Shown one piece after another: positions 28,701-36,591 of a DNA stretch of 51,596 bases (position 1 is the stretch's first letter; the number at the start of each line of letters is the position of its first letter). Location of the stretch: NCBI GenBank assembly GCA_041650115.1, contig JBAZLT010000001.1, forward strand, positions 1-51,596, given 5' to 3'. Origin of the DNA: Dehalococcoidia bacterium (GTDB lineage Bacteria; Chloroflexota; Dehalococcoidia; GIF9; UBA5629). Below the pieces are notes generated by a model. The model was not told where the DNA came from. It made no database searches and was given only the letters and a program-made list of their open reading frames with translations. The translations under genes were made by a program, and so were the position numbers.

Positions 28701-31291
28701 CTCTCGACCTGCGCAATGAGAACGTGCCAGGGTAAGCGTCCTGTTCCCAATCTCTGACTTGATTCAAAGTCCTTCACTTGCGCAGACGATTCGGGGTCGT
28801 CAGGGATCTTCTCTAGTATTTTATATGCTGCCCATACTTCCGGTTTTGACGCGATGAATGGATCTACGATTGACCGTTGAATGGGGGGTAGCGTATCCCC
28901 TTTGGCGGCTGCGCGCATCAGCTCTCCGATGGGCAGCGACTGCTTCACAATTAGGTCTACAGCTTGACGTACTGTATTACGGTGGTGATTCAATGCAATA
29001 CCAGCGCTTGTTTGTGCCGCATCATCGCGGCTGTCCGTAAAAATCAAGGTCTTCGGCGATTCCTCACCTTGTCGCATATCACGTAATAATTGGTCGACAA
29101 TAACTTGACTGACCCTGGCAAAGCCAGTCCTACAACCACGTATGGGTGATCGAACTATACCCCTGAAAAATATATGTCGCTTTCGATTGGGATCCTCTTT
29201 GCCACATTGCGGACAACGCTCTGGCAATGCAGGTATGCGGAGCGCACTTGTGGCGTGTGGAACAGTTGCCATGAGCATGGTTCCCGTAGCATTCCCGTGA
29301 GCCGGACTAATCCATCCAGTCCTGTGGTCATAATAGGCTGGATAAAACTGGAATTTTGCCGCCTTTCCAGCGGACGGTTGTTGTGCATCTTCTGGTAGCC
29401 CGTGTGACCAGGGGTCATGGCTTCCGGTAGATAATATTTTTGGCCAATACCAAATATAGCGGCCATACGTCCGGTGTGAGACTAGAATTGGCTGCCCTGA
29501 CGGTGTCTCCGTATCGCTGGGGAAAAGATATCCCTGTGCGTTGCAGTCAAGCCCAGGGGAGAAGCCACCCAAATAAGCCTCGCCACATGTCTGGCAGTAC
29601 AATAGTTCCAAGATACGGCTTCCACATCCACAAGTTATTTTCGGTGCTGAATAAAGTTTGCCAATCCTGCGATGAGGTGTCTGCCATTGTAATTCCAATT
29701 TGCTACAATTTGGATTAGAACAAGCCCAGACCCCCCGTACATTCCTTATGAACATATGTACCCGGAACCGCACCATTTTGTCCTTGTCCTGTAAGCTAAG
29801 TGCAGTAAAGACTGCGTTCATTGCAAGTGTCCTGGACGGCTCGTCTGCAAAGGGTTTGTCGAAAAGACGTTCGGCAACGCTTGAGAAATGTGTAGCTCTC
29901 GTCCGACTACCTTTTAAGTCACGACAAGCCCATTCAACCGCATGAGGCAGCTGTCCCGATGTCGAATGCTTTTGGAGCTCATTAACTAGGTTTTCATCGC
30001 AGTCTACTAGTTTCCTGCCAAAGTCCAAGTAGGTTCTCTGCAAAAGAGGGCGGACATTTTGGGGTGGCTTCGGTCTGCCCTCTATCACCTCAAATGTGGA
30101 GCTAGGCACCCCGAAAAACTTCTCTCCGAAGTCTGCTATCTCTGCAGTGGTTGCTTCCAATGAAGCACTAGTTCCAATGCACCTAATTTGTGGCGAGTCG
30201 AAAGTCAGACCAAGTCGTTGGTATAGTTTTCTAAGGACGAGCGCCACTTCTGACCCTTGTGTACCACGATAACCGTGTAATTCGTCCACTACTAATGTTA
30301 GGGCATGCTCTGGATCGGCATAAAGCCAATCACGCGTTGAATTAAATATTGTGTCTTCTAAGTCGCGCATTAATATTACATTCAACATCACAGTGTTGGT
30401 AATTAGTATGTCAGGTGGGTCACCTTGCATATCCCACCGCGTCATCATCTCTGATGAATTTGGATCCGGGAATTCCCACTGGGTTGAACTTGCGACTTTC
30501 TTTTGGTCGATGGCCTGTATAAGATCATACATGTCCGTTGCCATTTCTTGTATCTCTCTGGCAACATTGGTTAATCTATTACGGTCGAGCTGTGATTTCC
30601 CTGTAGGGAGGATGTTAGTGCCAAGTGTCGAGCCGGTATATTGCCCGAAATAAATCCGGTTCCCTTGAAATATATCTTGAAACGACATATGCGCTATAGC
30701 ACTCCGCAGACGTGTAATCTGGTCTTGTACGAGTGCATTTGTTGGGTATAAGACTATCGCCCTTACGGCGGCTTTTCTTGACTCGTGCCGTCGCGTAGAT
30801 GTCCACTTCTGGGCTTTGGATTCAATTGACCACCAATGAGTCGTTTCAGGCTTTGATGCCGGACTCCATCCGGATGCCTCTAGTAAAAGGCGAGTAAGTA
30901 TGGGTAGCATAAAGGATTCGGTCTTACCTGAACCAGTACCAGCAGTGACAATTGCATGCCTCTTCGTCGTCCCAAGTACGGAAGTAATAAGGGCCTCTTC
31001 TTGGTGTGTCCGTAGCCGAAAGCTGGGGGGCTTATTGAAAATAGAATGCGATAAGGCCTCGCTTTGGGCCTCATTTAAACCAATTTTTTGCGCAACTTCA
31101 TTGATGCTATGACCATCCTCGTAGCTGGGGATGGGTTCTAGGAGGGGCTCAGTGAACAATATTCCTTGTTCAGATAGCAGTCTGTTGCGCTCAGATTGGA
31201 TCGAATCATCTCGCAGGCGGAACGCAGTATCATAGTACAAAAGGTAAGCTTGTTTAAGAGACTCATATATACCTGCAGGATTTAAGTTCAT
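25781..31291 (-). CDS. Giant SF2 (DExH) helicase with Cys4 zinc ribbons and a C-terminal DUF1998/MrfA-type zinc module (DruE-like / fused DrmA-DrmB-like)
   Basis: Motifs: Walker A VTAGTGSGKT (nt 30921-30950), LYPTNALVQDQ, DELH, TSAS, QQRVGRAGRR, and DUF1998 CDSSCPDCLRSYENRQIHALLDW (nt 26150-26218). The track ORF starts at 31336, but the ATG at 31291 has GGGAG 9 nt upstream and avoids overlap with the preceding gene. Confidence 0.8.
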   Translation of the reverse strand: MNLNPAGIYESLKQAYLLYYDTAFRLRDDSIQSERNRLLSEQGILFTEPLLEPIPSYEDGHSINEVAQKIGLNEAQSEALSHSIFNKPPSFRLRTHQEEALITSVLGTTKRHAIVTAGTGSGKTESFMLPILTRLLLEASGWSPASKPETTHWWSIESKAQKWTSTRRHESRKAAVRAIVLYPTNALVQDQITRLRSAIAHMSFQDIFQGNRIYFGQYTGSTLGTNILPTGKSQLDRNRLTNVAREIQEMATDMYDLIQAIDQKKVASSTQWEFPDPNSSEMMTRWDMQGDPPDILITNTVMLNVILMRDLEDTIFNSTRDWLYADPEHALTLVVDELHGYRGTQGSEVALVLRKLYQRLGLTFDSPQIRCIGTSASLEATTAEIADFGEKFFGVPSSTFEVIEGRPKPPQNVRPLLQRTYLDFGRKLVDCDENLVNELQKHSTSGQLPHAVEWACRDLKGSRTRATHFSSVAERLFDKPFADEPSRTLAMNAVFTALSLQDKDKMVRFRVHMFIRNVRGVWACSNPNCSKLELQWQTPHRRIGKLYSAPKITCGCGSRILELLYCQTCGEAYLGGFSPGLDCNAQGYLFPSDTETPSGQPILVSHRTYGRYIWYWPKILSTGSHDPWSHGLPEDAQQPSAGKAAKFQFYPAYYDHRTGWISPAHGNATGTMLMATVPHATSALRIPALPERCPQCGKEDPNRKRHIFFRGIVRSPIRGCRTGFARVSQVIVDQLLRDMRQGEESPKTLIFTDSRDDAAQTSAGIALNHHRNTVRQAVDLIVKQSLPIGELMRAAAKGDTLPPIQRSIVDPFIASKPEVWAAYKILEKIPDDPESSAQVKDFESSQRLGTGRLPWHVLIAQVESLLLSYGLSPAGPRSSMRNFSAGSVKMDWWQAYDWPNRPTHAQVPANILQQERNYRRQMLTTDITNSLFDRAARDFESLGLGSVGTNTNLDYRHLSLNEATATQLVASSIRILGLLGRYPGSNYISDSTEMPRALKRYVDAVSQRHRVEAQDLRDSLKQILVSAGAMDSQFMLRLDGLAIIKQPATTRRFWVCEDCARRHLHPSAGICTSPSCNSERLVQNSEEIPDAGYFERLATKPIAALRSAELTGQTKPLKEQRKRQRRFKGAFIPGELPIAQDIELLSVTTTMEVGVDIGNLQSVVMGNMPPHRFNYQQRVGRAGRRLQQFSYALTLARDRSHDDDYFYDTKRITGDPPPNPFLDTKSETVLKRVVASEILRIAFSSLGQHTPKQDYSNTHGNFGRTAQWPDRRPHVVRWLQQNRQRIEDIVKAITVLTGYSDIPSLVDWATDALPVAIDGAINQGVYSYDDLSELLANAGLLPMFGFPTRARSLFWREPESMSDIEESKVADRPLDQAISAFAPGAEMVKDGTIYTAIGLANWVPGYNRPISADPLGSPLYVARCPHCQSVRKVEDNSVSSIACSICGQLANVFPIYQPKGFRTDYSQGEDFDDEIEQGQSASFPQIATLGDSTLPIQIKRVQLLPLTQEDIFVINDNDGSLYDMRRQSDNSVIALDPLLYREPPQFRGNAGSSLGTRISIGAVSKTDVLCIELRLDESGLLETLTPLGVIPLSYGYMPAGLSALTSFSHHLRIVAAHEILDIDPQELRVGIQPIAAQDSQTFTGRIFIADSLENGAGYAPYIGTPHVFNKLLERLLTSGRERFLEERHISKCDSSCPDCLRSYENRQIHALLDWRLALDISELAAGLSLDVSRWFNRVDGLSIPILECLKEEGAALTTFNGLPAIVVPAIKKIAILSHPLWTIHDNFLNHQQARAKLEAINLAASLGSHDTARAVAMCDIWTLAHNPHKIIERLSR

Positions 31292-31316
31292 ATGGAAACA
31301 CTCCCAATTATTAATA

Positions 31317-34300
31317 TTAGCTACCATATATTGCATTCCATAGTGCCACCGCGACTTCGTCGGAAACCTGAGTATAGATGACCTGATGATTGGTCACATC
31401 AACAACGGGCGGGAGACCGCTGCAGAGGACTGCAACACGCTCGTAAAGATCGGGTAGCTGTGCCCCTAGTGGGCAAAATAGCTCCTTGCGTAGTCTTTCA
31501 TAGGCAAGAATACTGGTTTGGTTCAGCTTGGCGGCCAGGTGTTTACCGCAACGATATGATATTCGGTAGCAAGTCCCGCTATTCTGCAGATAATATTGAC
31601 GGGGAATAGATAAAGATCTGTAGAGGTTGTTGTCTTCCATAAGTTTGCTAGGTTTCCAGGTAGCTTGCGCTACATCAAATACATCTGCAACAGCGGCAGG
31701 TTGTACACAATGTGATTTTTTTAAAATCTTAAAAAGAGGTGTAAGCTGAGATGCAATAGATTCTGCCGGGTGATTAACCACTGCTACCTTTATATTAATA
31801 GCAACTTTGATTTTATCGGCGATTTCTTGGAGGTGACCTTTCTTCATGCCTTTGATGAAATAACTTGTTGGGCCAAATGAATTGTTAATAGCATCTAGCG
31901 AACCCCCGGCCTGTTTCACCTGGTCACCTAGCAACCGTAGTAATTGGTATGTCCTCCGACCTGAAAACAACGCCCGTTCAGGTTCCAATACGGCGATTAC
32001 AGGGGGTGATACTTTCCAATTCCTCGGATATACCCAGCGAAAGTCTAATTCGACGTCGATATATCCTAGAGCCGAGAAAAGTTGGATCGCATTATACGAA
32101 AATGCTGGGTCAGCGGACACTTGCCGGGCTAAGAGTTCAAATTCGGACCAGGTTCCTTCACCAAGCGTAAAGCAGGCGTCCAACAGCCCATCATAATCAT
32201 AACCAGGTATGCTATCACTGCTAGTAGCTAGTGATATCGTCTTTGAAGTATTGCGGGACGTATTGGTGCCGGGTGCCGGCGCAGGCAAAGGGCTAGCAAC
32301 AGGAAAGCCAAATTTTGTTGTTGAATTCTTTATTTTTGAATACCCAGGTGGTTTATATCCCGGGAATTCACGGGACAATCCGCAATATATACAAAAACCT
32401 CTCTGCAATTTTCGATTATCATCAACAGTTTCAATATACCAATGGTGCGCAGAGTTTAAACATACAATGCCACCTTCTAACATTCGCTTGGGACTACTTA
32501 CTGGTCCAACAGTATCTTCTTGGTCTGCTCCTATTATTGCACCAAGTTTATTGGGGAGTCTGGCTATTGTGGTGGGTAACATAATTTCTGTAGATACAAA
32601 AGCCCCCATCACCAGTATTTGCGCTTTTTCTGCGGCATCAGCTATTAATGTACCTGCAGATAATGTCCAGTTTAACAAATCCGACCTGTGCCCGAAGGTA
32701 TAGTCAATTGACCTTACGGGCGAGTCTGGAGATCTAACTTCAAAGTATCGTCGTGCGATTTCCTCGCCAAGTTTATCGCCCTCAACGGCTGCTACTGTCA
32801 GGCCATAACTGCCGTCCTTCAAGCCAAGGCTGGCAACATTGATTTCCAATGAAGTACTAGTGGATTTAAATGTATGTGCATTATGATTTGCCGTACCAGT
32901 TGTTCCCTGATCTTCGATTACTACAGATAGTTTCTTGTCCATGCTATTGATGATTAATGTTGGTAGTCGCGATGATAGCCACTGTCTTCGCCCCGGTAAT
33001 GATAGACCCCCGTTCCATTCGATACTAGAGAAGATGCTAGGGACAAGGTCAAATAAGTCCTGGTTATTTCCCACATCGGGAATACCGACGAGCTTAACGT
33101 CTTCGAACACGACCCAGTCCTGGGGAACGCCCCAATGATCCGGTACCATTCTCATTGAACCACTATCTACTTCGCTCACTACTCGTTGTACTTTTTCAGC
33201 AATGCTCTTATAGACAACCAACATACTACGATGCCCAAATTCTAGGTGTTTCTGCGACCGATAGAGCTTTTGTTCGTCATCCCATGCTAGCACTATGACT
33301 TTCTTAAGAAGCCAAATTGCTTTCAATGGCATGTCCTGGGCTTTCATTGTAATGTTGTTGACGAGAAAATCAGCTATTGAAATGTTTTGTATAGGCTCAG
33401 ACCATGGGGCAATGAGTCCACGGTGTACAGTGATCGAGTTCATATACTTCCCATCTATTGGTAGCCCGCGACTGTCTCCTTCTTCAGTGTCGTAGGTCAC
33501 CGACTGCTTGCTTTTAGGTACGTTGAAAACTATATACCATAGGAGCCTTGGTTTTGGCCCAGTCCATAATTGCGATTCTAGTACTATTTGTGTTTTGCTA
33601 ATTACTTGCAGCCCTGTTTCAGAGGTACCAGGAATAGACCCGTCCCAATTTCTTAATTCAAGGGTGGCGACTTCGGCCATTCTTCTTTTCGCCTGAGTGT
33701 TTCTCCAATTTGAATGAGCTGCCTGACTAAATGTGGATCTATGAATCCAGTCATCCATTAGCCGTTCCATATCAGCTGGTGGGATTTCTCTCCCGGGTTC
33801 TAAGCTGTACTCAGCAAAGAACTCTGGCAGCTTCTGGCGGTCACTTGCGCGCAATAAGGCCTGTGATATCCCATATCCCACATATATAAAACCAGACATA
33901 GGGCGGGCGCTAGACAACCCAAAATGCCCTCCCTGTTGTCTGAGCCATGTATCAAGTTGTTGCCATAGTTTTAAGACCCCCGCAAACCCGACTCTAATAT
34001 CTTCGCGGTGTTCCTTAGTACGATCCTTCGCTAACAGGGTTTCAGTAAGTCGATCATAGTAGTTATTGGAATGAAATTTTTCATCAGTCCTCATATATTG
34101 GGCTACAAGACAGAAAAAGGCTAGTACAGCTATGAAAGGTGGTGGGGGTTTGGCTCCTTTTGATTGCCAGTCATCCAGACGTGCTATGTGAGCATCGAGT
34201 AAGTGGCCCTTTCGTGGGTCAAGCGTACTCTTGATCACGTCAGTATAATTGGCAAGCGAAAAGGTCACCTGCAGTTCCTTGACCTCTTCATCGTCGATAT

Positions 34301-34514
34301 CGATATAAACGTATTGGCCGTCCGCTTTTGCGTTGTAATATCGGTTGAAGAGCAATTGGTTCCATGCATCGTATGCATCCCAGGAGCATGACTTGGGTGT
34401 GGGGTCGTTGCTTAAGGACCCGTCTGAGCTCTCGTGAGCTTGGTCACTGGGTTGATTATCAACGTTGTCCATGATTTTCTTTGTATACTGGTTTCTGGTG
34501 TGTCCTCGGTTCAA
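31317..34514 (-). CDS. Large protein of unknown function (candidate DruH-like partner of the helicase)
   Basis: 1065-aa uninterrupted ORF in an AT-rich island, which is unlikely by chance. It has a TTG start (alternative ATG at 34472). I recognised no catalytic motif. The stop lies 25 nt before the helicase start. Confidence 0.6.
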   Translation of the reverse strand: MNRGHTRNQYTKKIMDNVDNQPSDQAHESSDGSLSNDPTPKSCSWDAYDAWNQLLFNRYYNAKADGQYVYIDIDDEEVKELQVTFSLANYTDVIKSTLDPRKGHLLDAHIARLDDWQSKGAKPPPPFIAVLAFFCLVAQYMRTDEKFHSNNYYDRLTETLLAKDRTKEHREDIRVGFAGVLKLWQQLDTWLRQQGGHFGLSSARPMSGFIYVGYGISQALLRASDRQKLPEFFAEYSLEPGREIPPADMERLMDDWIHRSTFSQAAHSNWRNTQAKRRMAEVATLELRNWDGSIPGTSETGLQVISKTQIVLESQLWTGPKPRLLWYIVFNVPKSKQSVTYDTEEGDSRGLPIDGKYMNSITVHRGLIAPWSEPIQNISIADFLVNNITMKAQDMPLKAIWLLKKVIVLAWDDEQKLYRSQKHLEFGHRSMLVVYKSIAEKVQRVVSEVDSGSMRMVPDHWGVPQDWVVFEDVKLVGIPDVGNNQDLFDLVPSIFSSIEWNGGLSLPGRRQWLSSRLPTLIINSMDKKLSVVIEDQGTTGTANHNAHTFKSTSTSLEINVASLGLKDGSYGLTVAAVEGDKLGEEIARRYFEVRSPDSPVRSIDYTFGHRSDLLNWTLSAGTLIADAAEKAQILVMGAFVSTEIMLPTTIARLPNKLGAIIGADQEDTVGPVSSPKRMLEGGIVCLNSAHHWYIETVDDNRKLQRGFCIYCGLSREFPGYKPPGYSKIKNSTTKFGFPVASPLPAPAPGTNTSRNTSKTISLATSSDSIPGYDYDGLLDACFTLGEGTWSEFELLARQVSADPAFSYNAIQLFSALGYIDVELDFRWVYPRNWKVSPPVIAVLEPERALFSGRRTYQLLRLLGDQVKQAGGSLDAINNSFGPTSYFIKGMKKGHLQEIADKIKVAINIKVAVVNHPAESIASQLTPLFKILKKSHCVQPAAVADVFDVAQATWKPSKLMEDNNLYRSLSIPRQYYLQNSGTCYRISYRCGKHLAAKLNQTSILAYERLRKELFCPLGAQLPDLYERVAVLCSGLPPVVDVTNHQVIYTQVSDEVAVALWNAIYGS

Positions 34515-34620
34515 TCCTGATATTTAACGTTCAGCGCGGCCCCACGAACAGCAAGTACCACATGTTCACCCTTCTTATTCTCGTAAATTTGTTCTTCGGC
34601 GAACATTAGCCTATTGATTA

Positions 34621-35130
34621 TCAATAACCTATTACTAGGATCCCTTTTAAAGGTAACGCTAGTCTGCCGCTGGCATACATAGTCTCGAAAAAGGTAATAA
34701 CCTTATTATAGTCCTTGTTTGTCTCCAGATAGATGTTTCTGAGCGCAATAATTAAATAATCAATCTCGTGCATCATGCACGCTTCAAATAAGTCCTTCAG
34801 AAATTGGTTATTTGTTACACCGCGACCTGCCTCAATCTCAAGAACAGTATTTGTTTTCTTTTGTATTCCATCAGCGTTAAATGTTTTTTCTGGGATACCG
34901 TTTTTCCCAAAGAGCACAGGAACGCTTATCTTGTCTTTTGCCTTTTTACTTTTCTCAATAATAAAACCCTTTTTCTTTAAATCCCTACTTAGCTTTTCTA
35001 ACACCTGGTCGCTATTATGCGTGAAACTTTGTGAATCAATACGGTTAAGATTGCTACTGAAAACGTCAACTACGTCCTTTAAATGCGGTGGAATTTCCCG
35101 GGACTTTGGGAAATATTGCCAGTTCAACAT
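34621..35130 (-). CDS. Small PD-(D/E)xK nuclease, BamHI/BglII-like restriction-endonuclease fold (tentative)
   Basis: It has FNADG...VLEIEAGRG...FLKDLFEACMMHEIDYLIIAL, a D...ExE-type core followed by a hydrophobic strand. GGAGGT lies 4 nt before the ATG at 35130; the track ORF starts at 35154. Confidence 0.5.
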   Translation of the reverse strand: MLNWQYFPKSREIPPHLKDVVDVFSSNLNRIDSQSFTHNSDQVLEKLSRDLKKKGFIIEKSKKAKDKISVPVLFGKNGIPEKTFNADGIQKKTNTVLEIEAGRGVTNNQFLKDLFEACMMHEIDYLIIALRNIYLETNKDYNKVITFFETMYASGRLALPLKGILVIGY

Positions 35131-35144
35131 GCAGACCTCCAAAT

Positions 35145-35172
35145 CATTAACCATAAGTCAAGATGGTTAATG
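35145..35172. promoter_or_regulatory. Perfect 10-bp inverted repeat CATTAACCAT-N8-ATGGTTAATG in the divergent nuclease/methyltransferase control region
   Basis: Read directly: 35145-35154 and 35163-35172 are exact reverse complements. They sit 15 nt upstream of the preferred nuclease start. Confidence 0.4.
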
Positions 35173-35367
35173 TTACACACTACTAACCATGAACTGATCG
35201 GATTGTACACTTATGACATAAACATTTCAATTGGAGGTATTGGCCTTCAATCGTCTCTAAGCCTTTCAACGCAAGTTGCAACTCATTAAATGCCAATTGT
35301 ACCTATCTATGATATATTAATATGTGTGTAGGTGATGAGGGCATTGAGTTAGGCAGATCGGAATCTC

Positions 35368-36579
35368 ATGTGTATGAATGAAGAACAAGATCGGGATTGC
35401 TATAACATTATCTCGTTATTCAGTGGGGCCTTGGGATTAGACCTTGGTTTCGAGCGGGCGGGTTGTAACATATGTATATCGCAGGATATAGACCCCTGGT
35501 GTGTTAAGACAGCAGTTTCTAACGGTTATAAATGTATATCTGGCGATATCCGAACCCTCATCTTTAAAGACCCTGAGTGTGACTTTTTACTGAAACCAAC
35601 AGGGCTCTCAAAGAAAGATATATTTGCTGTTATAGGTGGGCCCCCGTGTCAATCATTTAGCACTGCTGGCAGAAGGCGATCGACAAATGATCCGCGAGGG
35701 GGCCTATTTGCCGACTTTTGCCATGTTGTAAGAACGATCAACCCGCGTTTCTTTGTCATGGAAAATGTCAAGGGACTATTATCAGCTGCAAGGGAACACC
35801 TACCTATAGTGCAACGTAATAGTTCCACTCAAATTTCAGATGAACAACGCCTTGGTTCAGCATTCGAAGTTGTTCTTAAAACTCTTAATGGGCTAGGGTA
35901 TAAGACTATCTATGGTGTACTTGACGCTGTGCATTACGGCGTGCCTCAGTTTAGGGAGCGGTTAATAATAATAGGCTCACGTGATGGCGAAGATATCTTT
36001 CTCCCGACCCCGACCCATTTTCACAAGCACCAGGACGCGACACATAGGTGGAAGACCTTGAGGGATGCTATTGTTGATTTGGAAGACTCGCCCGGCCCAT
36101 GTGCCAGGTTTGCAGACGACCGCATTATGTACTTAAAACTAATACCCCAAGGTGGAAATTGGAAGGATTTACCAAAAGAGATGATCCGTTCAGCGATGGG
36201 TGGCGCTTATGAAAGTGGTGGGGGAAAAGTCGGTTTCTACCGCAGATTGGACTACGATCAACCCTCCCCCACTCTTATAACTAGTCCTGCTCAAAAGGCT
36301 ACTATGCTCTGTCATCCAACGCAAAATCGGCCCCTTTCAGTGAAAGAATATGGTAGTATTCAACAATTTCCTGGGGATTGGCGTATTGAAGGGCGTATAA
36401 CTGATTGCTACAGACAGATAGGTAACGCAGTCCCGGTTGGATTAGGAAGAGCGATTGCCCAAGTGCTGTTATCGGTAGCTAAGGGTGATGCTGAGGTTAT
36501 AACTAAGCGGACGAGAGGGACTTCAGTACATAAAAAGTTAATTCAGATACAAAATAGTGTAGTGAACGGAATGATATGA
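35368..36579 (+). CDS. dcm: DNA (cytosine-5)-methyltransferase
   Basis: Motif I LFSGALGLDLGF, motif IV GGPPCQSFS, motif VI ENVKGLLS, motif VIII QFRERLIIIG, motif X QIGNAVPV. Confidence 0.92.
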   Translation: MCMNEEQDRDCYNIISLFSGALGLDLGFERAGCNICISQDIDPWCVKTAVSNGYKCISGDIRTLIFKDPECDFLLKPTGLSKKDIFAVIGGPPCQSFSTAGRRRSTNDPRGGLFADFCHVVRTINPRFFVMENVKGLLSAAREHLPIVQRNSSTQISDEQRLGSAFEVVLKTLNGLGYKTIYGVLDAVHYGVPQFRERLIIIGSRDGEDIFLPTPTHFHKHQDATHRWKTLRDAIVDLEDSPGPCARFADDRIMYLKLIPQGGNWKDLPKEMIRSAMGGAYESGGGKVGFYRRLDYDQPSPTLITSPAQKATMLCHPTQNRPLSVKEYGSIQQFPGDWRIEGRITDCYRQIGNAVPVGLGRAIAQVLLSVAKGDAEVITKRTRGTSVHKKLIQIQNSVVNGMI

Positions 36580-36591
36580 GGATAATATATT

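Noticed and set aside
31292-31336. Upstream start (31336) of the giant helicase gene, overlapping the preceding gene by 20 nt
   Set aside because: The ATG at 31291 has a GGGAG Shine-Dalgarno 9 nt upstream and removes the overlap. The first 15 residues of the longer form (MQYMVANINNWECFH) add nothing recognisable. Either start is possible.
24629-34514. Calling the system canonical DISARM or canonical Druantia type III
   Set aside because: I saw no PLD (HxKxxxxD) nuclease and no separate DrmA and DrmB genes, which rules out classic DISARM. Canonical Druantia III, as I recall it, has only two genes and no Cas4-like nuclease. The locus is therefore reported as a related but unresolved variant.
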